NCBI GenBank assembly: GCA_021740225.1
Contig: JAIPAF010000002.1
Coordinates: 1-38,093, forward strand
From: Bacteroidales bacterium
Lineage (GTDB): Bacteria > Bacteroidota > Bacteroidia > Bacteroidales > UBA12077
Reading direction: 5' to 3'
Length of the DNA stretch: 38,093 nucleotides
Shown here in pieces: positions 1-8,301 of the stretch. The first letter of the stretch is position 1, and every line of letters begins with the position of its first letter. The translations under genes and the position numbers were made by a program. The notes beneath the pieces were generated by a model. That model had not been told where the DNA came from. It searched no databases and saw only the letters and a program-made list of their open reading frames with translations.

Positions 1-151
1 CAGCTGATAAGAACGCAGCACACACTCCCAATCCAATCGATGAAGAAGAGTGACAATCCGGCAATAAACATTCCCTCTCAGGCCTGAGGGCTCATATAAC
101 CGAAATGTTATATTGCCCCATTCCAACCGTCCTCTTGTAATACCAAACACC

Positions 152-2113
152 CTACGGTTCATAATCGGTGGCGATTACCTTGAATTCGGTACGACGATTG
201 ATCTGATTTGCTATTTCTCTTTGCTCTTCCGTGTTCAGATCTTTTATGAATTCTTCTGTAAGTTCTGTTCCCTTCTCCAGGAAATCATATTCTTCTGCAA
301 TATTTTGGTCCACTACCTTGGGTTGGGTAGCGGCATAACCTTTGGCTCTTAATCTTTCCGGATCGATGCCATGGTCGATCAGATAGTTGACCACCGATTG
401 AGCCCGTTTGGTAGATAGTTCAATGTTGTAAGCGTGATCTCCCCTATAGTCAGTATGAGCTCTCAGTTCTATAACCACTCTTGGATTGTCCGTTAATGTT
501 TCCACCAATTGATTCAGCGCCTCTTTGGATTCGGATCTTAAAGTCCAGTCGTCATAATCATAAAAGATATTGGGCAGTTCAATAGGTTCTTCTATTGATG
601 AGAGCAGAAGCTCCGACTCGAATACCTTGCTTTCTTCAAGTCCCTTAGTGGAAAGATTTCCTTTGTTGGTCAGGTATTTCTCTTTTGAAGCTACGAATAC
701 ATAATCTGTTTCCGGCCGTAGCATGAATTTAAATTCACCGTCTTCATTTGTTTCGGAACTCATTGTCATACCATCGCTCCCAACCAGTTTGACCGAAGCA
801 TTTTGAATGGGTTCTTCGGATTTTTTATCTTTTACCATTCCTTCAACACTGAATTTTAAAGGCGGGAGAACAAAAGAGAAGATTTTATCGTCTCCATCTC
901 TGGAGGAGGAGAAATACCCTTTTTCCTTTTCTTCTTCAAAGATGATTCCGAAATCGTCGTGGGTTGAATTGATGGGATAGCGCATGTTTTCAATTTCATA
1001 TTCTCCGTTGTTTTGCATGGTGGCTTTAAATATGTCCAGTCCGCCCATTCCCGGGTGATAGTCGGACGAAAAATACAGTGTACCGTCGGGATGGATAAAA
1101 GGAAACATTTCATTTCCCGGCGTATTGATTTTTTGCCCCGGATTAACCGGTTCACTCCAGCCATCATCATTACGATTTATTTTCCATATATCCATTTTTC
1201 CGTACCCGCCCGGCCTATTAGAGACAAAATATAAGGTAGAACCGTCATCGGTGATTGACGGATGGGCGACCACCAGGCTATCGGCAGCCAGGGAAAGGGG
1301 TTCGGGATTTTCCCACTCTCCGTTGTCTTTTACTGTTCTAAAAATATTACAACCCATACTTTGCTGGTTGTCCACTTCACATCTTGTAAAATACATGGTG
1401 TTGTAATTGTTTGTAAAGGAAGTGGCCCCTTCCTCTACTTCTGTATTTACATCTCCTGGTATGGGTTCGGGGTCGCTCCATCTGCCCGATACATTTTTCT
1501 GAGAATAAAATATATCCGTAAAATACCCGCCGGTGCCTCCATGGGTTTCTTCTCCGGTACATTCTTCCCGGGAAGTGGTAAAGTATATCTCATCATACTC
1601 TGCTTTGGAATAGGAAGGGCAAAAATCTCTTTCTGTGGAATTAAGGTATCTTTGCTTTGCAACTTTATATCCGCTGGGATTTTCTTTCCATTGTTTTGCA
1701 AGGGAACAAGATTTTACACCCATCTCCCCCCGGGGGTCGTCGGAGTTTAATTCCCCGTACTTTTTGTAATTTTCAATGGCTTCATCGAATTTTTCATTCG
1801 TCTTTAAAGCATCTGCATAATAAAGATATATAAGGGGATTGTCGTAATCTCTTTTGATGGCTTTGCTGTACCAAAGTTCGGCTTTTCTGGGTTGGCTTGT
1901 TTTTCTGTAACACTCGGCTATTTTAAATGTTATTTCGTCTTTAATTTCACTTCCCGGTATTTTATCATAAGCATCTCTATACATTTCTACTGCTTCATAA
2001 AATTGACCGGCCTGGTAAGCTTCTTCAGCCTCGTCGTAAAATTTCATTTGAGCATCTGCCGTGGAGAACAGGCAAATGCTCAAAATGAAGGGAATCACGA
2101 ATTGTAATTTCAT
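152..2113 (-). CDS. OmpA-family outer-membrane protein (signal peptide, TPR region, PD40/TolB-like beta-propeller repeats, carboxypeptidase-regulatory-like fold, C-terminal OmpA domain)
   Basis: 653-aa ORF. Hydrophobic N-terminus MKLQFVIPFILSICLFSTADAQ. PD40-type repeats (SITDDGSTLYFVSNRPGGYGKMDIWK; HPDGTLYFSSDYHPGMGGLDIF). OmpA_C motif LRAHTDYRGDHAYNIELSTKRAQSV ... NRRTEF. Confidence 0.85.
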   Translation of the reverse strand: MKLQFVIPFILSICLFSTADAQMKFYDEAEEAYQAGQFYEAVEMYRDAYDKIPGSEIKDEITFKIAECYRKTSQPRKAELWYSKAIKRDYDNPLIYLYYADALKTNEKFDEAIENYKKYGELNSDDPRGEMGVKSCSLAKQWKENPSGYKVAKQRYLNSTERDFCPSYSKAEYDEIYFTTSREECTGEETHGGTGGYFTDIFYSQKNVSGRWSDPEPIPGDVNTEVEEGATSFTNNYNTMYFTRCEVDNQQSMGCNIFRTVKDNGEWENPEPLSLAADSLVVAHPSITDDGSTLYFVSNRPGGYGKMDIWKINRNDDGWSEPVNPGQKINTPGNEMFPFIHPDGTLYFSSDYHPGMGGLDIFKATMQNNGEYEIENMRYPINSTHDDFGIIFEEEKEKGYFSSSRDGDDKIFSFVLPPLKFSVEGMVKDKKSEEPIQNASVKLVGSDGMTMSSETNEDGEFKFMLRPETDYVFVASKEKYLTNKGNLSTKGLEESKVFESELLLSSIEEPIELPNIFYDYDDWTLRSESKEALNQLVETLTDNPRVVIELRAHTDYRGDHAYNIELSTKRAQSVVNYLIDHGIDPERLRAKGYAATQPKVVDQNIAEEYDFLEKGTELTEEFIKDLNTEEQREIANQINRRTEFKVIATDYEP

Positions 2114-2149
2114 ATATCAATGTTTTTTCTGACTCATGGTTCTCTGAAA

Positions 2150-2189
2150 TCAACGATATTATAAGGTACGTGTTGCTTTATATCGTTGA
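2150..2189 (-). terminator. Hairpin downstream of glnN (10-bp stem TCAACGATAT/ATATCGTTGA, 20-nt loop); possible terminator or regulatory element for the OmpA gene
   Basis: Inverted repeat read directly from the sequence. It lies between the glnN stop (2259) and the OmpA start (2113). The U-tract on the minus strand is weak. Confidence 0.3.
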
Positions 2190-2258
2190 AAATGTCAATA
2201 AACCTGCGTAAAAGTAAAGATTTTTGGTCAAAATAAAAAGATTGATATTCAAATTCAA

Positions 2259-4457
2259 TTAACGGGTGAATAACATTTCCCGGTATTTTGGGAAAGGCCA
2301 CGTCTCATCGTCAACGATTCTTTCCAGTTTATCGATGTGATTTCTTATCTCACTGAAAAATGGAACCACTTGTTCGTGATAGGCGTATGCCTTTTCTTTT
2401 TCATTTTCAATCTGATTGGCTTTTTTTCTTGTATTCACCATATCTACCACTTTTTCTCTTATGGTATTGACATGCCGGGCAATTTTTTCTACTGTATCCA
2501 GTTGATGATGGGTCATGACCTTATATTGTTCTTCGGGATAAATTTCCCTGAGGTCTTTGATATTCTCCAACATGGTATTCTGATATTTGATTGCAGTTGG
2601 AATGATATGATTCATGGCCAGATCACCCAGTACCCTTGCTTCAATTTGCATCCTTTTTGTGAAGTGTTCAAGCTGAATACCCTGACGTGCCTCCAGTTCC
2701 CTTTCGTTAAGGATGTTGTTCTTTCTGAAAACTTCGATTGTTTTGGGACTCAGGAAGGCTTCCAGGGAACCGGGAATGCTTTTGATATTTGTCAAACCGC
2801 GCCTTGCAGCTTCTTCTACCCATTCCTGGCTGTAACCATCACCTTCAAAACGAATTTCTCTTGATTCAATAATGTATTGTTTCAGCACTCTAAATATGGC
2901 CTCATCTTTTTTTATTTTTTCAGAGGATATCAGCTGGTCCACTTCCTCTTTGAATGCATTCAATTGGTCGGCCACTATGGTATTCAGTACGATGATGGGC
3001 GAGGCTATATTGGCCGAAGAACCTACAGCTCTGAACTCAAACCGGTTTCCCGTGAATGCAAAAGGAGAGGTTCTGTTTCTGTCGGTATTGTCGAGCAGAA
3101 TCTCAGGGATCTTTCCTATATCCAGCTTGAGTTCCCCTTTTTCCTCCGGGGTCATCTTTGTATTATCTATTCTTTGTTCCAGCTCATTAAGCATTTGTGT
3201 AAGCTTCCTGCCTATAAATACAGATATGATGGAAGGAGGGGCCTCGTGGGCTCCCAATCGATAATCATTGCCCGTAAAAGCGATACTGGCCCTTAACAGA
3301 TCGGCATGTTCATATACTGCCTTGATGACATTAATGAAGAAGGTGATAAACTGAAAGTTGTTTTTGGGTGTTTTCCCGGGTGACAGCAGGTTTTTGCCTG
3401 TATCGGTTAATAACGACCAGTTGTTGTGTTTTCCCGAGCCATTGATACCGGCAAAAGGTTTTTCGTGGAAAAGGACTCGGAAATTGTGCCTTTTGGCTAC
3501 TTTTTCCATAAGCGTCATCAAAATCTGGTTATGGTCTACGGATAAGTTGGCTTCTTCGAAACGGGGAGCGCATTCAAACTGGTTGGGAGCCACTTCGTTG
3601 TGCCTTGTTTTTGCTGGAATTCCCAGCCTGTAGGCTTCGATTTCAAAATCACGCATGAAATGTTTCACTCTGTCGGTCAGGGAACCAAAATAATGGTCAT
3701 TTAATTGTTGGTCTTTTGGTGAAGGATGCCCAATTAGGGTTCTTCCGGTAAGATACAGATCGGGCCTTGCATTATAAAAAGCATCATCGATCAGGAAATA
3801 TTCCTGCTCCCATCCCAGAGTCACATTCACCTTGCTGATGCTTTTGTCAAAGTATTTGCATACCTCAGTTGCCGCGTTATCTATATAATTCAGTGATTTT
3901 ATGAGGGGGGTCTTATAGTCAAGAGCTTCCCCGGTATATGACACAAAAATTGTGGGTATACACAGGGTTCTTCCATATACGAAAGCGGGTGAAGAGGGAT
4001 CCCACGCTGTGTATCCCCTGGCTTCAAAAGTATTTCTCAATCCTCCGCTGGGAAAGCTGGAAGCATCACTTTCCTGCTGCACCAGCATTTCACCCTGAAA
4101 ATTTTCAATGATTCCTCCATTGTCTGCGGGTTCAAAAAAGGCGTCATGTTTTTCCGCAGTAGCTCCTGTTAAAGGATGGAACCAATGCGTGTAGTGGGTT
4201 GCGCCGCGATCAATGGCCCAGGCTTTCATGCCTGAAGCCACCTGGTTGGCATATTGCCTTTCAATTTTTACACCCTTATCAATGGCTTCAAGCACATTGT
4301 CATAGGCTTCTTTTGAAAGATACTCCTGCATTTTCTGCTTATCAAAGACATTCTCACCGAAATAACGGGAAGTTTTCACTGCGGGCAAATCAACATGAAT
4401 GGGTTTGCGTTTTAATACCTCTTCAATTGCTTTAAATCTTACAGTAGCCATAACCAA
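2259..4457 (-). CDS. glnN: Glutamine synthetase type III
   Basis: About 730 aa, the typical GSIII size. Motifs THYTHWFHPLTG, NEVAPNQFE and INGSGKHNNWS. The start could equally be the ATG at 4451 (MATVRF...). Confidence 0.9.
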   Translation of the reverse strand: MVMATVRFKAIEEVLKRKPIHVDLPAVKTSRYFGENVFDKQKMQEYLSKEAYDNVLEAIDKGVKIERQYANQVASGMKAWAIDRGATHYTHWFHPLTGATAEKHDAFFEPADNGGIIENFQGEMLVQQESDASSFPSGGLRNTFEARGYTAWDPSSPAFVYGRTLCIPTIFVSYTGEALDYKTPLIKSLNYIDNAATEVCKYFDKSISKVNVTLGWEQEYFLIDDAFYNARPDLYLTGRTLIGHPSPKDQQLNDHYFGSLTDRVKHFMRDFEIEAYRLGIPAKTRHNEVAPNQFECAPRFEEANLSVDHNQILMTLMEKVAKRHNFRVLFHEKPFAGINGSGKHNNWSLLTDTGKNLLSPGKTPKNNFQFITFFINVIKAVYEHADLLRASIAFTGNDYRLGAHEAPPSIISVFIGRKLTQMLNELEQRIDNTKMTPEEKGELKLDIGKIPEILLDNTDRNRTSPFAFTGNRFEFRAVGSSANIASPIIVLNTIVADQLNAFKEEVDQLISSEKIKKDEAIFRVLKQYIIESREIRFEGDGYSQEWVEEAARRGLTNIKSIPGSLEAFLSPKTIEVFRKNNILNERELEARQGIQLEHFTKRMQIEARVLGDLAMNHIIPTAIKYQNTMLENIKDLREIYPEEQYKVMTHHQLDTVEKIARHVNTIREKVVDMVNTRKKANQIENEKEKAYAYHEQVVPFFSEIRNHIDKLERIVDDETWPFPKYREMLFTR

Positions 4458-4688
4458 TAAATTTTTAAGATATAACGCAAATATATAAATGTTTTATTCA
4501 TCCCCTCAATAAATCAGGGGTTAAATCAAAGTTTTTTTTAATTCATGAAACTTCCCTGTTAAAATGAGGGGTGGATTCAATTGGTATAATCATTTAACCC
4601 ATTTTACTCCTGTTTGGTTCTGGCTTGTCCAGGTTATGAGTATTCAGTAATAATTCTCTTTGAATGCACGTTGGGAAAAACAAAATTT

Positions 4689-4704
4689 TGTATATTTTTG
4701 CATT
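4689..4704 (+). promoter_or_regulatory. Candidate argR promoter/operator: 16-mer TGTATATTTTTGCATT, which contains a TAnnTTTG -7 box (TATTTTTG, 4693-4700)
   Basis: The identical 16-mer recurs at 5412-5427 upstream of the arg operon. It matches the Bacteroidota -7 consensus TAnnTTTG and lies just upstream of the argR ATG at 4708. Confidence 0.45.
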
Positions 4705-4707
4705 AGC

Positions 4708-5220
4708 ATGAATAATTATACTTCAAAAGACAAGATTGAACGAATACGCCTGGTTCGTAGTTTGATCCGGGAAAAAAATATAACTTCCCAGGAGGAGTTG
4801 CTGGATCATATTAAAGAACGAGGTGTTCACACTACCCAGGCCACCCTCTCCCGTGATTTGAAATATCTGAAGGCCACAAAAAAATATGATGGTACGGCAA
4901 AGGAATACGTGTATGTGCTTCCCGAAAACAAATCTACTTCGGGGCAGGAGATTCGATTTGCTATGGATGAATTCATTTCCCTGGACTTCAGTGGGAATAT
5001 TGCTGTCATTAAAACAAGCAGTGGTTTTGCTAATGCAATAGCCATTTATATTGATCGAATCTACTTTGAGGAGGTCGTTGGAACAGTAGCCGGGGATGAT
5101 ACCATTCTGATTGTCTTACGTGAGGGAGTGAGTTACAAAGACTTTGTCGGTTCTTTACTGGAACATATCCCGGAGCTAAAAAATAAAGTAGATATTGACT
5201 GGCAGAACTTCATTGAGTAG
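4708..5220 (+). CDS. argR: Arginine repressor ArgR
   Basis: Winged-helix N-terminus (ITSQEELLDHIKERGVHTTQATLSRDLKYL) and C-terminal GTVAGDDTILIV motif. The ORF track begins at 4660, but the upstream 16 codons overlap the promoter-like motif, so I prefer the ATG at 4708 (MNNYTS). Confidence 0.88.
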   Translation: MNNYTSKDKIERIRLVRSLIREKNITSQEELLDHIKERGVHTTQATLSRDLKYLKATKKYDGTAKEYVYVLPENKSTSGQEIRFAMDEFISLDFSGNIAVIKTSSGFANAIAIYIDRIYFEEVVGTVAGDDTILIVLREGVSYKDFVGSLLEHIPELKNKVDIDWQNFIE

Positions 5221-5392
5221 TTTTCCTGTCTTTTTGCCTCCCATCTGAATTTCCCGAGTTTTTCCTTTCTTTAGTTGAATATTGTTTGTATAGATTTACA
5301 TCCTGTTTAAGTGGTTAGAATGTTTTTATTTCTGATTTAAAATGATTTATAAATTAATCGAAAGAAAAAACTTTGAAAATTTATGAATTTAT

Positions 5393-5427
5393 TTTGTATA
5401 AATATACAAAATGTATATTTTTGCATT
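5393..5427 (+). promoter_or_regulatory. Candidate ARG-box pair plus promoter of the arg operon
   Basis: 18-bp palindrome TTTGTATA-AA-TATACAAA (5393-5410), followed by TGTATATTTTTGCATT (5412-5427) containing TATTTTTG (5416-5423). A TTTG at 5393-5396 sits 19 nt upstream of the -7 box. A weaker related box, TGTATAGATTTACA, lies at 5287-5300. Confidence 0.45.
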
Positions 5428-5464
5428 TTGGTTAAATGTTTATACACACATAAATGACATTTCA

Positions 5465-6064
5465 ATGATGAAAGCAGAACAAATCAAGATCCGTTATAGC
5501 GAACCGGGTGATACGGTGTATTCACCACAGATTCATCAGATGTATAAAGAAGAAGCCGCTCATGAAGATATAGGACTGGCGGTAAGATCTGTTTCTTATT
5601 TGAATGCAGTTATTTCAGAAGGTAAAGGGGTATTGGCCTTTAATGGTGATCAATTGGCCGGATTCTGTTATATTGAAGCATGGGAACATGAGCAATATCT
5701 GGCCAATTCGGGTTTAATTGTGGTTTCTGAATTGCGGGGAAAGGGGATAGCTAAGAAGATTAAATTTGGGGCTTTTCAATTATCCAGGCAATTGTTTCCC
5801 CATGCAAAATTATTTGGTTTGACTACCAATTCGGCGGTTATGCGGATCAATGCCGGGCTGGGCTATGTTCCGGTCACTTATTCTCAGTTGACACAAGACC
5901 CTTTATTCTGGAAAGGATGTGAATCATGTCAGAATTATGATATCCTGTTGCGTACCGGAATGAAAGACTGCCTTTGTACTGCTATGATTTTTAATCCCAA
6001 CAAACAAACCAGTAATAATGAAGAAAAAGCATTCCAACAAGAAGAAAATCGTGCTCGCATTTAG
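5465..6064 (+). CDS. GNAT-family N-acyltransferase of the arginine cluster (candidate N-acyl-glutamate synthase)
   Basis: GNAT acyl-CoA motif LRGKGIAKK. It is the first gene ahead of argG, as in other Bacteroidota arg clusters. I prefer the start at 5465 (MMKAEQ) because the longer ORF (5411) overlaps the operator/promoter. Confidence 0.7.
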   Translation: MMKAEQIKIRYSEPGDTVYSPQIHQMYKEEAAHEDIGLAVRSVSYLNAVISEGKGVLAFNGDQLAGFCYIEAWEHEQYLANSGLIVVSELRGKGIAKKIKFGAFQLSRQLFPHAKLFGLTTNSAVMRINAGLGYVPVTYSQLTQDPLFWKGCESCQNYDILLRTGMKDCLCTAMIFNPNKQTSNNEEKAFQQEENRARI

Positions 6065-7244
6065 TGGGGGACTTGACACATGTTTTGTCGCTAAATATCT
6101 CTCAGATAAAGGATACGAAGTGCATAGTTTGTTTTTATATTCAGGCCGGGTCAGTGAAGATGAATTAAAAAATATACAGAAGCTTGCCGGCAAGGTTGGG
6201 GTTACATCTCATCAGGCCGTTGACATCTCGGAGGATTATTATCAGCATTGTATCCGGTATTTGGTTGCGGGGAATGTGTTGAGAAATGGAAATTATCCTC
6301 TCTCCGTTAGTTCGGAACGATATTTTCAGGCCGCTCAGGTAGCAAGATATGCCGAACAGATGGGTGCTGAGGGAGTGGCCCATGGCAGTACTGGTGCCGG
6401 AAATGACCAGGTTAGATTTGATACCGTTATCTCGGTTTTGGCTCCGGATTTGGAGATCTTTGCGCCGGTCAGAGACAATAAATTGACCCGGGAGGAGGAA
6501 ATTGCTTATCTCAAAGATAACGGAGTGGATTTGAAGCGGGAAGATCATAAATATTCATTAAATGAAGGCCTTTGGGGTACAAGCATCGGAGGGGATGAGA
6601 CCCTGACTTCACACCGGTCTATTCAGGATTCCTCAATCCAGGGCAAAAATCAAAAGGAAAATCAGGAGATGATTTTGAGATTTGACCAGGGAGCGTGTGT
6701 AGGTATCAATCAGAGTAAATTCAAGCATCCGGTACAAACAATAGAGGTTTTAAATCGGATTGGAAAAGACTTTGGGATTGGAATGGACTATCATACCGGC
6801 GATACCATCATCGGGGAAAAGGGACGAATAGCTTTTCAGGCGCCGGCTGCTCTGATGATCATTAAAAGCCACCATCTTCTGGAGAAACATACCCTCACCA
6901 AGTATCAACTTCAGTGGAAAAATCATATAGCAGACTGGTATGGGAGTATGTTGCATGAAGGATTGTATATGGAACCTGTTATGCGGGATGTAGAAAGGTT
7001 TTTGGAAAGTTCCCAGCAATATGTAACAGGAGAGGTGTATTTACAGCTCCGCCAAAATGATTTCAAACTTCACGGGATTAAATCTCCCTATGATTTGATG
7101 CAATCCTCAAATAATCAGTACGGTGAAAAATATACCGGGTGGGATGCAGATGATGTTAAAGGATTTATAAAAATTTATTCCAATTCTTTAAAAAATTATT
7201 ACGGCTTACATACGGATCTGATCAATTATGAATATACACAGTAA
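6018..7244 (+). CDS. argG: Argininosuccinate synthase
   Basis: N-terminal P-loop VLAFSGGLDT and the HGSTGAGNDQVRF motif. 408 aa. Confidence 0.92.
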   Translation: MKKKHSNKKKIVLAFSGGLDTCFVAKYLSDKGYEVHSLFLYSGRVSEDELKNIQKLAGKVGVTSHQAVDISEDYYQHCIRYLVAGNVLRNGNYPLSVSSERYFQAAQVARYAEQMGAEGVAHGSTGAGNDQVRFDTVISVLAPDLEIFAPVRDNKLTREEEIAYLKDNGVDLKREDHKYSLNEGLWGTSIGGDETLTSHRSIQDSSIQGKNQKENQEMILRFDQGACVGINQSKFKHPVQTIEVLNRIGKDFGIGMDYHTGDTIIGEKGRIAFQAPAALMIIKSHHLLEKHTLTKYQLQWKNHIADWYGSMLHEGLYMEPVMRDVERFLESSQQYVTGEVYLQLRQNDFKLHGIKSPYDLMQSSNNQYGEKYTGWDADDVKGFIKIYSNSLKNYYGLHTDLINYEYTQ

Positions 7245-8301
7245 ACAAGATACCATTGACACCACGGAAATGCTGAAGTCTCTTATTGAAATCCCTTCTT
7301 ATAGCGGGAAGGAAGGGGAGGCAGCAGATTTTCTTGAGGATAGGCTTAAAAAGAGAGGTTTGAGTCCTTCCCGTGAAAAAAACAATATCTGGTTACTTCC
7401 TGGAAATTTTTCCGAAGAACATCCCAATGTTTTGCTCAATGCCCATATTGATACGGTAAAACCCTCGGAAAGCTGGACCATGGATCCTCATCAACCTATG
7501 GATAGGGGAAAGAGGATTTACGGACTGGGTTCAAACGATGCCGGGGCTTCGTTGGTTTGTCTTTTGGATACATTTATGCATTTTTCTGAAAAAGATATAC
7601 CGTTAAATATTATTTTTTCGGCTACTGCCGAAGAAGAGACAGGGGGGAATGACGGGGTGCAATCCATAATTGAGAAATTGCCTGAGGTTTCGTTGGGCAT
7701 CATTGGTGAACCCACCGGGATGCAGATGGCTGTGGGTGAAAGAGGATTGCTTGTTATTGATGGTAAGGTGGCGGGAAGTGCAAGACATGCAGCTCTCGAG
7801 AATCCCGATAATGCCATATTAAATGCCATGGAGGTGTTGAATAAGCTTCAAAATATACGTTTTGAAAAAGTCTCTGAAATACTCGGAGGCGTGCAGGTAA
7901 CTGTTTCGGAAATCTATGCAGGGATGCAGCATAATGTAACTCCTTCTGAATGCAGATTTGTTCTGGATATTCGAATGAATGAGAGGTATACCCCGCGGGA
8001 AATTTTGGAGATTCTGGAAAAAGAATTGGGTTGTAGCCTGAAAGCCCGGTCACTGGATAAAAAAGCCTCCGGTATCCCGTTGGATCACCCGATCGTGAAA
8101 AGCGCCAAAGCATTAAAAATCAAACAGTACGGATCTTCCACCTTATCCAATATGGCCTGTGTCCCGTTTCCGTCTGTTAAGATTGGACCCGGAGAGTCAA
8201 GCCGCTCCCATAAACCGGATGAATTTGTCTATACACACGAATTATATACCGGAAAATTGTATTACAAAAGATTGATAAATCAATATATTTCGCTGTTATG
8301 A
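7228..8301 (+). CDS. argE: M20-family deacylase, ArgE-like (N-acyl-ornithine deacylase)
   Basis: M20 metal-ligand motifs NAHIDTV, GSNDAGAS and TAEEETGG. It lies between argG and argH. An alternative start is the ATG at 7270 (MLKSLIEIPS). Confidence 0.7.
   Translation: MNIHSKQDTIDTTEMLKSLIEIPSYSGKEGEAADFLEDRLKKRGLSPSREKNNIWLLPGNFSEEHPNVLLNAHIDTVKPSESWTMDPHQPMDRGKRIYGLGSNDAGASLVCLLDTFMHFSEKDIPLNIIFSATAEEETGGNDGVQSIIEKLPEVSLGIIGEPTGMQMAVGERGLLVIDGKVAGSARHAALENPDNAILNAMEVLNKLQNIRFEKVSEILGGVQVTVSEIYAGMQHNVTPSECRFVLDIRMNERYTPREILEILEKELGCSLKARSLDKKASGIPLDHPIVKSAKALKIKQYGSSTLSNMACVPFPSVKIGPGESSRSHKPDEFVYTHELYTGKLYYKRLINQYISLL

Noticed and set aside
1-151. The window edge has two competing partial ORFs. 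One is a plus-strand C-terminal fragment ending at TGA 85-87. The other is a minus-strand start at 71 encoding MFIAGLSLFFIDWIGSVCCVLIS. A CTCAGG/CCTGAG palindrome also lies at 77-88.
   Set aside because: Too little sequence is available to choose between the frames or to assign a function, so I did not report a feature.
856-1750. Several 60-160-aa ORFs lie on the opposite strand or in other frames inside large genes. Examples are 856-1170, 1262-1750, 2337-2864, 12821-13261, 23053-23526, 30424-30813, 33527-33908 and 36254-36655.
   Set aside because: They lie wholly within long ORFs that carry clear family motifs. Their sequences are low-complexity or odd in composition, with no recognisable motifs. 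These are typical shadow ORFs.
4660-5464. Upstream-extended start codons in the ORF track for argR (4660), GNAT (5411), tilS (19989), DUF2892 (25223), the first hyd gene (27198, TTG) and hydB (27621, TTG).
   Set aside because: The extensions overlap promoter or operator motifs, or add non-homologous residues. Internal ATG codons give N-termini that match the family patterns and, for hydB, correct SD spacing.
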